64,000 nucleotides of DNA from the NCBI GenBank assembly GCA_965205215.1, contig OZ242041.1, positions 1,952,001 to 2,016,000 of the forward strand, written 5' to 3'. Source of the stretch: Nitrosopumilus sp. GTDB lineage: Archaea > Thermoproteota > Nitrososphaeria > Nitrososphaerales > Nitrosopumilaceae. A program made the translations under genes and the position numbers. The notes beneath the pieces are model-generated. The model searched no databases. It was not told the DNA's origin and saw only the letters and a program-made list of their open reading frames with translations. How positions within the stretch are numbered: the stretch's first letter is position 1; each line of letters opens with the position of its first letter. Below are positions 10,501 through 21,300 of this stretch, in pieces.

Positions 10501-13500
10501 TTCCCAGTTCAGCGTGACCTGCCTCGCGTTGCCGGTGCCGAACAGCCCGCCGGACGCGGCCCCGATGTTTATGACATACGCCGCCTTTGCGGGGGTGCCG
10601 GGGTTCATGGTAATGACGTTGCCGTCGGATATGGCAAAGTTTGCGTTGTCCGGGTACGCGTCGGAGTCTGCAAGCGAGTAGGACGGGGCGTGGCCGTCAA
10701 GGAAGGAGTTCTGGGCTTTGATGCCCGCCGAGTAGGAGCCGTCGCGGACGCTCGTGTCGTTGAGCGTCACATACCAGGGCCCCAGGTTCTGCGAAAAGGC
10801 GGCGGCCCCGCTGAACATCCTGGCCATTGCAGTTACGCCCGACACGTCCCATCCCGACACGTCGCCGTCAAAGGAGGTGGCGCCCTGGAACATGTTCTCC
10901 ATGTTGGTTACGCTTGATGCGTCCCACCCGGATATGTCGCCGTTGAAGGCATTATTGCCGTAGAACATGCTGGTCATGACGGTTACGCCGGACGTGTCCC
11001 AGTCCGAGAGGTCCTGGTTGAAGGAGTCGGCCTCGTTGAACATAGCCTTCATGTTTCGCACGTTGGAGACGTCCCAGCCGGAGAGGTCGCCGTCAAAGGA
11101 GGTGGCGCCCTGGAACATGCGCTCCATGTTGGTGACGCCCGACACGTCCCACGAGGAGAGGTTGGCGTTGAAGGAGGTGGCGGCAAAGAACATGCGGCTC
11201 ATGTCGGCGACGCCCGACACGTCCCACGAGGAGAGGTCGCCGTTGAAGGCGTACGCGTTGTCGAACATGCTCGACATGGCGGTTACGCTCGAGGTGTTCC
11301 AGCCGGAGACGTCGCCGTCAAAGGAGGTGGCGACAGCGAACATGCGCCCCATGTTGGTGACGCTTGACGTGTCCCAGCCGGAGACGTCGCCGTTGAAGGC
11401 GAACGCGTTATGGAACATGCGCCCCATGTTGGTGACGCTCGAGGTGTCCCAGCCGGAGAGGTCGCCGTTGAAGGCGTATGCGCCGGAGAACATGCGGCTC
11501 ATGTCGGTTACGCTCGACACGTTCCACGGGGAGAGGTTGGCGTTGAAGGAGGTGGCGGCGGCTAACGCGCCCTCCATGTTGGTGACGCTCGACACGTCCC
11601 ACCCGGAGATGTCGCCGTCAAAGGAGGTGGCGCCCTGGAACATGTTCAGCATGTTGGTGACGCTCGACACGTCCCACCCGGAGATGTCGCCGTCAAAGGA
11701 GGTGGCGCCGTAAAACATGTACGACATGTCGGCGACGCTCGAGGTGTCCCAGCCGGAGATGTCGCCGCTGAAGGAGCGGGTGTCCGCGAACATGCCCTTC
11801 ATGTCGGTTACGCTTGACGTGTCCCAGCCGGAGATGTCGCCGCTGAAGGAGGTGGCGCTCTGGAACATGTCTGTCATGTCAGTTGCGCTCGAGGTGTCCC
11901 ACGAGGAGAGGTTGGCGCCGGAGATGCCCGCATGGAGGAACATGCTCGACATGTCGGTTACGCCGGACAGGTCCGGGGAGTCGGCCGCGTTGTGCGCCAC
12001 GTCGCCCGTATGCGCGAACGCAGACTTCATGGACGACCACCGCGCGTCGCCCCACTGCTCGATGCTCAGCAGCTGCTTGGCGTTTGCGGGGTCGCCGCCC
12101 AGGCGGATCCCCGTGATGTTGCTAGAGGCCAGTACTACGTACCTGCCTGCCGACTCGTACGTGTGGGACCGGTCGCCCGGCCCGTCGTATGTGTCGGTGC
12201 TGCCGTCGCCCCAGTTTATGGTGTACGTGCCGGCGGCGCCGATTACCGGCATCGTTATGGTGCGGTCGCCTGCGGTGGCCTGCCACACGGTGACAAAGTC
12301 GCCGGGATCGGCAGTCTGCGGCAGCGAGGGCTCCCAGTGCAGCGTGACCTGCTGCACGTTGCCGGTGCCGAACAGGCTGCCGCCGGACGCTGCTATGCAT
12401 ATGCGGTACGTGTCCTGCGTGGGGGCGGAGTTTATGGTCAGGATGCCGCCGCCGCTCATGGAAAACTTGCCGTTGTCGGCGCAGCCGTCGCCGTCCGCAA
12501 GCGAGTAGGTCGGGCCGTGGCCCCGCAGTACGGGGTTCTGCGCCCCGGCTTTCGCCGCGAATGACGCGTTGTGGATCACCGTGTCGTTGAGCGCTATATA
12601 CCAGGGCCCCAGGTTCTGGCCGAAGGAGGAGGCGCCGAGGAACATGGAATCCATGGATCCTACGTTTGATACGTCCCAGCCGGAGATGTCGCCGTTGAAG
12701 TCGCGGGAGCCCGCGAACATATAGTCCATGTCCGTCACGCTTGATACGTTCCACGAGGAGAGCCCCGCGCCTGTAAAGGCGGCCGCGCTGGAGAACATGT
12801 CGGCCATGGTGGTCACGCCCGACACGTCCCAGCCGGAGAGGTCGGCGTCAAATGAGGATGCGCCGGCGAACATGTGGTTCATCTCGGTTACGCTTGAGAC
12901 GTCCCAGCCGGAGAGGTCGGCGTCGAAGGCGGCGGCTCTGGCAAACATGTTGCCCATGTGGGCCACGCCTGACACGTCCCAGCCGGAGAGGTCGGCGTCG
13001 AAGGCGGGGGCGTCGGAGAACATGTAGCTCATGTCCGTCACGCCTGACACGTCCCAGCCGGAGAGGTCCGCGTCGAATGCGGTGGCGTGGAAGAACATGT
13101 GGTTCGTGCCCGTCACACTCGACACGTCCCACGAGGAGAGTCCGTTGCCTGCAAAGGCGGCGGCCCTTGAGAACATAAAGCCCGTGTCCGTCACATTTGA
13201 GACGTCCCAGCCGGAGAGGTCGGCGTCGAACGCGGCGGCGCCGTGGAACATGCCGTCCATGTCCGTCACGCTTGAGACGTCCCACGAGGAGAGCCCCGCG
13301 CCGGCAAAGGCGGCGGCCCCGTTGAACGCGTTGCTCATGTCCGTCACGCCTGACACGTCCCAGTCCGAGAGGTCGGCGTTGAAGGCGCCCGCGCCGCGGA
13401 ACATGCCCGACATGTTGGAGACGCCGGACAGGTCCGGGGAGTCTACCGCGTGGTGAGCCATGCTGCCGGCCCCCGCAAACGCCGACTCCATGGACGTCCA

Positions 13501-15345
13501 CCGCGCGTCGCCCCACTGCGTGATGCTCAGCAGCCGCCCGGCGTTTGCAGGGTCGCCGCCCAGGCGGATCCCCGTAATGTCGCCTGATATCAGGACGTCG
13601 TACAGGCCTGCCGACGCGTACGTGTGGGACCGGTCGCCCGGCCCGCTGTATGTCGTGGTGTTGCCGTCGCCCCAGTCTATGGTGTACGTGCCGGCGGCGG
13701 CGGCGCTCACGGGTATCGTTATGGCCGGGTCGCCCGCGGTGGCTTGCCACACGGTGGCAAAGTCGCCGGGACCGGCTGTGGACGGCAGCGATGGCTCCCA
13801 GTTCAGCGTGACCTGCCTCGCGTTGTCGGTGCCGAACAGCCCGCCGGACGCGGCCCCGATGTTTATGGTATACGCCGCCTTTGCGGGGGTGCCCGGATTC
13901 ATGGTAATGACGTTGCCGTCGGATATGGCAAAGTTTGCGTTGTCCGGGTACGCGTCGGAGTCTGCAAGCGAGTACGAGGGGGCGTGGCCGTCAAGGAAGG
14001 AGTTCTGTGCGGCGATGCCCGCCGAGTAGGAGCCGTCGCGGACGAGCGTGTCGTTGAGCGTCACATACCATGGCCCCAGGTTCTGGCTGAAGGAGGAGGC
14101 GCCCGAGAACATCCCGCCCATGGACCGTACGCTTGAGACGTCCCAGCCGGAGACATCGCCGTTGAAGGCTGTGGCGCCCTCGAACATGTTGCGCGTGTCC
14201 GTCACGCTCGAGGTGTCCCACGTGGAGAGGTCGGCGTTGAAGGCGCGCGCGTTTTTGAACATGCCGCTCGTGTCCGTCACGCTTGAGACGTCCCACGGGG
14301 AGAGGTCGGCGTTGAAGGCGCGCGCGCTGTAGAACATGTAGCTCGTGTCCGTCACGCTGGAGGTGTCCCACGTGGAGACGTCGCCGTTGAAGACTGTGGC
14401 GCTGTAGAACATGTTGCTCGTGTCCGTCACGCTGGAGGTATTCCACGAGGAGAGGTCGGCGTTGAAGGCGAACGCGGCCGTGAACATGCCGTGCATGCTG
14501 GTTACGCTTGAGGTGTCCCACGTGGAGACGTCGCCGTTGAATCGAAATGCGCCCTCGAACATGCGCGACATGTCCGTCACGCTCGAGGTGTCCCACGTGG
14601 AGACGTCGCCGTTGAAGACGAACGCGTTGTTGAACATCCGCGACATGTCCGTCACGCTCGAGGTGTCCCACGGGGAGAGGTCGCCGTTGAAGGCGCTTGC
14701 GCCGTAGAACATGCTGCTCATGTCCGTCACGCTTGACGTGTCCCAGCCGGAGATGTCGCCGTTGAAGGAGTCTGCGCTGTAGAACATGCTGCTCATGTCC
14801 GTCACGCTGGAGGTATTCCACGAGGAGAGGTCGGAGTCGAGGGCGCCTGCGCCGGAGAACATGCTCGACATGTTGGAGACGCCGGACAGGTCCGGGGAGT
14901 CGGCCGCGTTGTGCTCCATGTGGTACGCGTCCTCGAACGCCGACACCATGGACGACCACCGCGCGTCGCCCCACTGCTCGATGCTCAGCAGCTGCCTGGC
15001 GTTTGCAAAGTCGCCGCCCAGGCGGATCTCCGTGATGTTGCCGGATATCCGGACAGTATACTCGCCTGCCGACTCGTACGTGTGGGACCGGTGGCCCGGC
15101 CCGTCGTAGGCGTCCGTGTGGTTGTCGCCCCAGCTTATGGTGTACGTGCCGGCGGCGGCGCTCACCGGCATCGTTATGGTGCGGTCGCTTGCGGTGGCTC
15201 TCCATATGGTGACAAAGTCGCCATCGTCGGCCGCCTCCGCGGGAACGGCCGCCAGCGGTGATGCGAGTAGGCTGCACCCGGCCCCTACGGCAAGGAGCAG
15301 GAGCAGTGCAGGCCCACGGTTTGAGAAGAGAGGGGAAAGCGCCAT
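4594..15345 (-). CDS. 3583-aa surface protein: signal peptide, 5 DUF285/BspA-like LRR modules, 7 PKD-like repeats, 4 FN3 domains
   Basis: Hydrophobic N-terminus. Five modules begin GDF(V/A)TxW and contain about 25-aa repeats FNGDISGWDVSSVTDMSxMF. Seven NRAPxADAG repeats follow, then four PxNLTAxAVTADSVTLTWDDPGD...YAFRIIAL FN3 units at a 294-bp period. Confidence 0.95.
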   Translation of the reverse strand: MALSPLFSNRGPALLLLLAVGAGCSLLASPLAAVPAEAADDGDFVTIWRATASDRTITMPVSAAAGTYTISWGDNHTDAYDGPGHRSHTYESAGEYTVRISGNITEIRLGGDFANARQLLSIEQWGDARWSSMVSAFEDAYHMEHNAADSPDLSGVSNMSSMFSGAGALDSDLSSWNTSSVTDMSSMFYSADSFNGDISGWDTSSVTDMSSMFYGASAFNGDLSPWDTSSVTDMSRMFNNAFVFNGDVSTWDTSSVTDMSRMFEGAFRFNGDVSTWDTSSVTSMHGMFTAAFAFNADLSSWNTSSVTDTSNMFYSATVFNGDVSTWDTSSVTDTSYMFYSARAFNADLSPWDVSSVTDTSGMFKNARAFNADLSTWDTSSVTDTRNMFEGATAFNGDVSGWDVSSVRSMGGMFSGASSFSQNLGPWYVTLNDTLVRDGSYSAGIAAQNSFLDGHAPSYSLADSDAYPDNANFAISDGNVITMNPGTPAKAAYTINIGAASGGLFGTDNARQVTLNWEPSLPSTAGPGDFATVWQATAGDPAITIPVSAAAAGTYTIDWGDGNTTTYSGPGDRSHTYASAGLYDVLISGDITGIRLGGDPANAGRLLSITQWGDARWTSMESAFAGAGSMAHHAVDSPDLSGVSNMSGMFRGAGAFNADLSDWDVSGVTDMSNAFNGAAAFAGAGLSSWDVSSVTDMDGMFHGAAAFDADLSGWDVSNVTDTGFMFSRAAAFAGNGLSSWDVSSVTGTNHMFFHATAFDADLSGWDVSGVTDMSYMFSDAPAFDADLSGWDVSGVAHMGNMFARAAAFDADLSGWDVSSVTEMNHMFAGASSFDADLSGWDVSGVTTMADMFSSAAAFTGAGLSSWNVSSVTDMDYMFAGSRDFNGDISGWDVSNVGSMDSMFLGASSFGQNLGPWYIALNDTVIHNASFAAKAGAQNPVLRGHGPTYSLADGDGCADNGKFSMSGGGILTINSAPTQDTYRICIAASGGSLFGTGNVQQVTLHWEPSLPQTADPGDFVTVWQATAGDRTITMPVIGAAGTYTINWGDGSTDTYDGPGDRSHTYESAGRYVVLASSNITGIRLGGDPANAKQLLSIEQWGDARWSSMKSAFAHTGDVAHNAADSPDLSGVTDMSSMFLHAGISGANLSSWDTSSATDMTDMFQSATSFSGDISGWDTSSVTDMKGMFADTRSFSGDISGWDTSSVADMSYMFYGATSFDGDISGWDVSSVTNMLNMFQGATSFDGDISGWDVSSVTNMEGALAAATSFNANLSPWNVSSVTDMSRMFSGAYAFNGDLSGWDTSSVTNMGRMFHNAFAFNGDVSGWDTSSVTNMGRMFAVATSFDGDVSGWNTSSVTAMSSMFDNAYAFNGDLSSWDVSGVADMSRMFFAATSFNANLSSWDVSGVTNMERMFQGATSFDGDLSGWDVSNVRNMKAMFNEADSFNQDLSDWDTSGVTVMTSMFYGNNAFNGDISGWDASSVTNMENMFQGATSFDGDVSGWDVSGVTAMARMFSGAAAFSQNLGPWYVTLNDTSVRDGSYSAGIKAQNSFLDGHAPSYSLADSDAYPDNANFAISDGNVITMNPGTPAKAAYVINIGAASGGLFGTGNARQVTLNWESSLPQAGGPGDFATVWQATAGDPAITMPVISAAGPYSIDWGDGNTTTYSGPGDRSHTYESAGEYTVLVSGNVTGVRLGDDRANAKQLLSIEQWGDARWTSMESAFAGASSMAYRAVDSPDLSGVSSMSGMFRGAGAFNADLSGWDVSSVTDMSNAFNGAAAFTGAGLSSWDTSSVTDMDGMFHGAAAFDADLSGWDVSNVTDMGFMFSRAAAFTGAGLSSWDVSSVTGTNHMFFHASAFDADLSGWNVSSVTDMSYMFSDAHDFDADLSGWDVSSVVSMGNMFARTAAFDADLSGWDVSSVTEMNHMFTGASSFDANLSSWDVSGVTTMADMFSSAAAFNGDISSWDVSSVTDMGYMFAGSRDFNGDISGWDVSNVRSMDSMFLGASSFGQNLGPWYIALNDTVIYNASFAAKAGAQNPVLRGHGPTYSLADGDGCADNGKFDISSGGVLTIKSAPAEQDAYRICIAASGGSLFGTGNVQQVTLHWGPSLPQTYDPGDFVTKWRATAGDPTITIPVSAAAGTYTISWGDSNTDAYDGPGHRSHTYESAGEYTVRISGNITEIRLGGDRANAKQMLSIEQWGDARWTSMVSAFEHAGNVAHNAADSPDLSGVSDMSRMFNSADITGANLSSWDTSGVTDMSYMFEDADSFNGDISGWDTSSVTDMSRMFYDAAAFNGDISSWDTSSVTDMSRMFNNAAAFNGDVSTWDTSSVTDMSRMFEGAFVFGGDVSGWDTSSVTSMKGMFAAAFPFNSDLSSWDVSGVTDMSNMFYGASAFDADLSSWNVSSVTDMSGMFFGARAFNGDISGWNVSGATSMRSMFTGASSFSQNLGPWYVTLNDTSVRGASYSASIAAQNSFLDGHAPSYSLAGGDGCADNDRFSISGSGVLTIKSAPAQDTYHICIGASGNGLFGTDNARQLTLSAAALGENRPPVAAAGPDQSVPEGSVVSLNASASSDPDGDIISYNWTISPDAALQNAGTAAPSFTAPEVSSDTDYTLTLTVSDGDASGTDTVVVTVRNVNQQPTADAGSDQTVSEGAAVTLDGSSSSDPDGTPLSYIWTAPAGITLQGADTAAPSFTAPDVSSDTDYVITLNVSDGSLSHTDTVTITVREVNRAPVADAGADRAASERDLVTLDGSGSADPDSDTLTYSWSSVPSLAFSDAATASPTFTAPDVSSDTDYVITLTVSDGSLSHTDTVTITVREVNRAPVADAGADQSVDERATVTLDGSGSSDPDDDALTYYWTAPAGITLSDATVQSPTFTAPDVSSDADYTITLNVSDGSLSHTDTVTITVREVNRAPVADAGADRAASERDLVTLDGSGSADPDSDTLTYSWSSVPSLAFSDAATASPTFTAPDVSSDTDYVITLTVSDGSLSHTDTVTITVREANRAPVADAGADRAASERDLVTLDGSDSSDPDDDALTYSWTSVPSLAFSDAATASPTFTAPDVSSDTDYVITLTVSDGSLSHTDTVTITVREANRAPTADAGSDQSVDERATVTLDGSGSSDPDDDTLTYSWTISPDAALQNAGTAAPSFTAPEVSSDTDYTLTLTVSDGSASGTDTVVITVRNVTPLPTPPPAVPANLTAAAVTTDSVTLTWDDPGDDAITGYKILSRILSPETTLGVLVADTGSAENTHTVSGLEPNTAYAFRIIALSDRGESDTSYFVNARTERVPPPAAPTNLTATAVTADSVTLAWDDPGDDAITGYKILSRIPSPETDLSVLVADTGSAKNTYTVSGLEPNTKYAFRIIALSDHGESKISYFASIRTERVPPPAVPTNLTAAAVTADSVTLTWDDPGDDAITGYKILSRIPSPETDLSVLVADTGSAKNTYTVSGLEPNTKYAFRIIALSDHGESKISYFASIRTERVPPPAVPTNLTAAAVTADSVTLTWDDPGDDAITGYKILSRMTSSETTLSVQVADTGSPDSSYIVTGLEPGTNYAFRVIALNDHGESKPSYFVNITTPSDSR

Positions 15346-15351
15346 TGTGGA

Positions 15352-18300
15352 TCACCTGCAGATTCTCGGGGCGCCCGGCGCGGGTGCGGGGGTGGGCGCG
15401 GGCCCGGCGGGCGGCGGGGATGGCGGCGGTGGCGGCGGCTGCATCACGGCGGGCATGGGCGGCGGCAGGGACACCACGGGGGGCGTGTTGCCGGGCGGCG
15501 GGGTGGAAGCGGCGGCGGCGCCCGACGTTACGAGCGCCGCGTTGCCGCCGGCCCCGACGAACGAGGCCCCCACGGGGGCGCCGGGCGCGGTCTGGACTGG
15601 TATTGAGGAGGACGGGGCTCTGGGCGCCGAGAAGAGGTCGAATGGGGAGGGGAGGGCGTACGAGAGTATGGCGCCGTCGGTAACGGACGCGGCGGTTACG
15701 AGCAGGGTGGCGCCGTCGCCGGATATGGCCACGTCGGATATGACCCCCCAGGGCTTGTCGACGTGGAGGGCGGCCGCGGAGTTGCGGGAGGAGGGGGACG
15801 GGTCAAACGGGGTCGAGAGCACATACGAGAGTATGAACCCGCCGCCTGCCGGGTCGGAGAGGGCGACGTACATTATGGTGCCGTTTGCGGAGAACGCCGC
15901 GCCCGCCGGGGTGGAGAACGCGGACGAGGGGAGCCGGACGGGGGTGGAGGAGGGGAGCATGGAGGCCGTGGAGAGGTCGAAGGGGGTGGAGAGCGCGTAC
16001 TCCAGGATGTAGGCGGTGGTGGTATGGGATGAGGCGGGGACGGGCGGGGGGATGGCGGCGGCGCCTGACGCGAACGCGGGGGCGGCGGGCCGGGAGCCGG
16101 GGGACTGGAGGAGGACCGGGACGGGCGGGGGCGCGGCGGACGCGGACGCGGTGGCGCCGGACACGGTCGTTACGAGCAGTTTCGTGCCGTCCGGCGACAC
16201 CGTGACGCTGGTGGGTACGCCGTACGCGGGGGGGATCCCGACCGTGTCGTTGCGCGGCACGGCCGAGGATGGGTCGTGCGGTATGGGCAGGTCGTAGGCC
16301 AGTATGGTGCCGTTTGATGCCGATGCGACGAACATGACGGAGCCGTGGGCCGACACCGCGATATCCGCGATGGAGGCGCCCGGAAGGGTCACTATGGTGA
16401 CGTTTTCCGGGGACAGGCCGGCGGCGGATGTAGCCGACGCGTTGAGGGGGGCGCCGTTTCTTATCTCTATGGAGAACGCGGCCGACGCCGCGGTCGGGTT
16501 GCCTGCCGCGTCAAGGGCGGCGCCCGCCGGTATCGTTATGGACAGGGTGCCGTCGGCGGGCCTTAGGATGTCAAACGTAAAGACCGTATGGGCGGGCCCC
16601 GCCGCCAGGTTCGCGAGCGTGCCGCTTGATACGTAGACGTCCGACGCGTCAAAGGTTCCGGGCTGGAGGGGCTCGCCGAAGAACGCCATGAACTGGACGG
16701 CGGCCGTGTAGTTGCCCGCGTACGATATGGACGGCACGGGGGCGGTGCGGTCCACTATTATGGTGAGGCTGGCCGGCTGCGTGCTTGCCGTGCCGCCAGA
16801 ACCGGACACGGCGCCCGCCGGTATGGTTACGGTCAGGGCGCCCTCGGCCGGGCTTATGACGTCAAACGTGAACGTGGTGAGGTTGGCCGACGCGGCAAGG
16901 TTTGAGACCGTGCCGCTTGAGGATATGATGTCTGATGTGGTGAGCGAGCCGGGCTGCAGGGGGGCGCCAAACGTGGCCGTCAGGGATATGGTCTGGAGGT
17001 TGGTGCGCGGGGTGGCTCCGGGCGCGGCGGTGGCGCCGCCCGCAAGCGAGATGCCGACGGGCTCGGGCGCGGCCGCCGGCAGGACGGTTACGAGCACGGT
17101 GTCCGTATCCGACGCGCCGCGGTTGTCCCGCACGGTGAGCGTGGCCGTGTAGCCGGTGGAGGACGTGACGTTGGGGGCCGCAAAGGTGGGGGTGGCGGTG
17201 TTCGCGTTGTCAAGCGCCACGAACGGCGAGATCGTCCACGAGTGCGACGCGATGCGGCCGCCCGGGTCGCGGGACGCGGAGCCGTCAAGTGTCACGGTGT
17301 CGCCCCCATATACGGTCTGGTCAGACCCGGCGTCTGCCACGGGCGGCGTGTTCGGCGGCGGGGGCGGGGGCCGGTTCCTGACCGTTACCACGACCTCGTC
17401 GGTGACGGAGCCTTCGCTGTCCGATACCGCAAGGGTGAACGTGTACGCGGTGTTGGAGGACACCCGGGGCGCGGTAAAGGAGGGGGAAACAGTATTCGGG
17501 TTCTGGAGGGTTATGCCCGAGGGGGCAGTCCAGCTGTACGTTATGGCCTCGCCGGTCGGGTCGGAGGACGCCGAGCCGTCCAGCGTGACCGTGGAACCCT
17601 CGGTTACGGTCCGGTCTGCCCCGGCGTCGGCCACGGGGGGCCAGCTGGCAGTCAGGGTGAACGACCGCTCGTTGTTCGTGCCATAGATGCCGGAGCCGCT
17701 CGCCCGGATCGTAATGTCGTACCGGTCCTTTGCCGTGGCGCCGTCTGTGAGTACAATGGACGAGCCTGACCACGTAAAGTGCTGGCCGTCGGGGCCCGCG
17801 ATCGCGTGGGACGTGGCCTGGTTTGACAGGAACGTGTTTTGCGCCCCGACCTGTCCCCCGTACGCGGTGGGGTCCCTGCCCATGTCCGTGCTGCTGAGTG
17901 TGACATACCAGGGCCCCAGGTTCTGGCTGAAGGCGGTGGCAAACGAGAACATGTTGGCCATGCCGGTTGCCGAAGAGACGTCCCACCCGGATATGTCCTG
18001 GTTGAAGACTATGGCGCCCCGGAACATGTTGTCCATGCTCCTCGCGCTTGAGACGTCCCAGTTGGATATGTCGCCGTTGAAGGCGCGGGCGTCCCGGAAC
18101 ATGCCGGCCATGTCGGTTACGCCTGAGACGTCCCATCTTGATATGTCGCCGCTGAAGGCGCTGGTGTCAGCGAACATGCGGTTCATGCTGGTTGCCGAAG
18201 AGGTGACCCACCCGGATATGTCGGAGTTGAAGGCGCGGGCGGCATGGAACATGCTGCGCATGTCGGTTACGCCCGAGACGTCCCAGCTTGATATGTCGCC

Positions 18301-21300
18301 GTTGAAGGCGCGGGCGTCCCGGAACATGCCGGCCATGTTGGTTACGCTCGACGTGGTCCAGCCCGATATGTCGCCGTTGAAGGCGCGGGCGTCCCGGAAC
18401 ATCTCCCCCATGTTGTTCACGCGCGAGAGGTCCGGGGTGTCCGTCGCGTTGTATACCATGTTGCGCGCGCCCTTGAACGCGGCATTCATGGTGGTCCACG
18501 ACATGTTGCCCCACTGGTCGATGCTGAGCAGCTGGTCCGCGTGCGGGCTGGCAAAGGTGTTGCCCAGATGGAACCTCTCAAGGTTGCCCGCAATCCGGAT
18601 GGTATAGTTGCCCGCATTATCGTACGTGTGCCGTATTGCGCCCGCCGCGCCGCCGCTGACGGTGCTGTTGGTGGTGCCGTCGCCCCATGATATGTGCACG
18701 TTGGTGCCGGTTTCTATGGGGATCCGCAGGTCCTTGTCGCTTGCGGGGATGCTCCACGTGGTGACAAAGTTGTCGTCAGAGACCGGAAAGGCGTCCGAAT
18801 TGAATATGGTGAACTGCCGCTCGTGGGTGCCGGTGCCGATCGTGGCGCCGTCCGCCCTGATGGTTACGGAGTACGCGGGCTTGACGGGGGCGCTCCCCTT
18901 TATGGTCAGCGTGTCGTTCGTTACGGTAAAGTGGGCGTTGTCCCCCACGCCTGTCGGAAGCGAGTATTTGGGGTTCCCCGTGAGGTGGCCCTGCATGATA
19001 GAGTTCTGGGCCTCCACGGAGGCAGAGTACGAGCCGCCCGATTTGGTCGTACTGTCGAGTGTGACATACCAGGGCCCCAGGTTCCGGTTGAAGGCGGTGG
19101 CGCCCGCGAATATGCCGCCCATGTCGGTCACGCCCGAGATGTCCCACTCGGATATGTCCTGGTTGAAGGCGGTGGCGCCCCGGAACATGTTCCCCATGTT
19201 GGTCACGTTTGACACGTCCCACCCGGATATGTCCCGGTTGAAGGCGGTGGCGCCCTGGAACATGTTTACCATTAGCTCTACGCCGGAGGTGTCCCATGTG
19301 GATATGTCGCCGTTGAAGGCGCCGGTGCCAAGGAACATGGAGCTCATGAGGTCTACGCTCGAGGTGTCCCAGTCCGAGAGATCCTGGTTGAAGGAGTCGG
19401 CCTCGTTGAACATGCCGACCATGTTGGTCACGCTGGAGGTGTTCCAGCCGGATATGTCCTGGTTGAAGGAGGAGGCGTTCTGGAACATGCGCTTCATGTC
19501 GGTCACGCCCGACACGTCCCAGTTTGATATGTCGCCGTTGAAGGAGATGGCGTCCCGGAACATGTGGCCCATATTGGTCACGCCCGAGAGGTCGGGGGCG
19601 TCCGCCGCGTTGTATACCATGTTGCTTGCTCCACGGAACATGTTCGTCATCTCCGTCCACCGCGTGTCGCCCCACTGGTCCAGGCTGACCACATGGCGGG
19701 CGTTTGAGGGGTCGGAGGCCAAGTGCACCGACAGCCGGAGGACGTCGCCGGAGATCATCACCCGGTAGTCGCCCGCGCTCGCGTACGTGTTGAATGCCCG
19801 GCCCACAGTACCAGAAGATATATTGTCGGAGTTGCCGTCGCCCCAGTCTATGGTGAGCGTGCCGGTTCCTTTTTCATAGTTGAGATCTACCCGCTTGTCG
19901 CCGTCGGTGGCGCGCCACGTGGTGACAAAGGCGTCGGCGGGGAGCCCCCCGAGGTTGTGCGGGTTGGCTATGGTGAACTGCCGCTCGTGCACGCCCGAGC
20001 CGATCGTGCTGCCGTTGGCCCTGACGGTTATGTCGTACGAGGGCTTTGGGATGGCGTGCTCCCTCAGGGACAGCGTGGTGCCGGATATGACAAAGTTGGA
20101 GTTGTCCCCCGCGCCTGCTGGAAGCAGGTATTTTGATCCCATAAGGTGGGGGTCCAAAAGCGAGTTCTGGGTGGACAGGGTGCCCACGACGCGGTCTGCG
20201 CCGACCTCCGTGCCGTTGAGTGTGACATACCAGGGCCCCAGGTTCTGGGAGAAGGAGGTGGCGCCCGCAAATATCTTGTTCATCGAGGTTACGCCGGAGA
20301 TGTCCCACTCCGACACGTCCTGGTCAAAGGAGGTGGCGCCCTCGAACATGGAGTCCATCTTGGTTACGCTTGAGACGTCCCACCCGGACACGTCCCGGTT
20401 GAAGGAGGTGGCGTTGTAGAACATGTTCCTCATGTCGGTTACGCTTGAGACGTCCCACGTGGACACGTCGCCGTTGAAGGAGTCGGCGTCGTAGAACATG
20501 CTGAGCATGGTGGTCACGCGCGCCACGTTCCAGCTTGAGAGGTCCCGGTTGAAGGCGTTGGCCTCGTTGAACATGCCGGCCATCTTGGTTACGCTGCCGA
20601 CGTTCCACCCCGATACGTTGCCGTTGAAGACGTGGGCGTCCTGGAACATGCGCGTCATGGTGGTCACCCTTGAGACGTCCCATGAGGAGAGGTCGCAGTT
20701 GAAGGAGCGGGCGTCGCGGAACATGTGGCTCATGTCGCGCACGTTCTGGAGGCGGGGGGTGTCGTTCGCGTTGCATACCATGTTGTGCGTGTTGCGGAAC
20801 ATGCCGCTCATGTCGCTGAGCCACTGCGAGGTGCCCCACTGCTGCAGGCTGGATACCTGCCGGGCGTTCCCGGCATCGGTGCCCAGGTTTAGGCGCGGAA
20901 GGTTGGTGAGTCGGACGTCGTACGTCTGCGGCGGAAGGTTGTACGTCTTGGACTGGTCGCCGCTAGTTGTGGTTAATCCCGTGCCGTCGCCCCACTGTAA
21001 GGCGTACGAGCCCGTATAGCCGCCCACCGTGATCTTTATCGTGCGGTCGCCGTTGGTGGGGGCGCTCCACCTGAGGATGAGGTCGTTTGCCCCGGCCGCC
21101 TCGGCGGTCTCGGCCGCCGGCACCAAAAGTACGGCGCCTGCCGCCCCCACCCCGATGATCAGGACGGCGGCGAGCACGGACATCATGCGCGCCGCACCGG
21201 GGGCGCGACCGGAGGATGGGGAGGGGGCCGCGGGCCTACCTGGCGCATCATGCCCGCCTACCCTGCCGCTGCCGCGCGCGATCAGGCGCGCGCATAGGCA

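Noticed and set aside
1-21300. Many plus-strand and alternate-frame ORFs (for example 1886-4093, 2458-4086)
   Set aside because: Shadows of GC-rich repetitive minus-strand genes; the minus frame gives recognisable domains.
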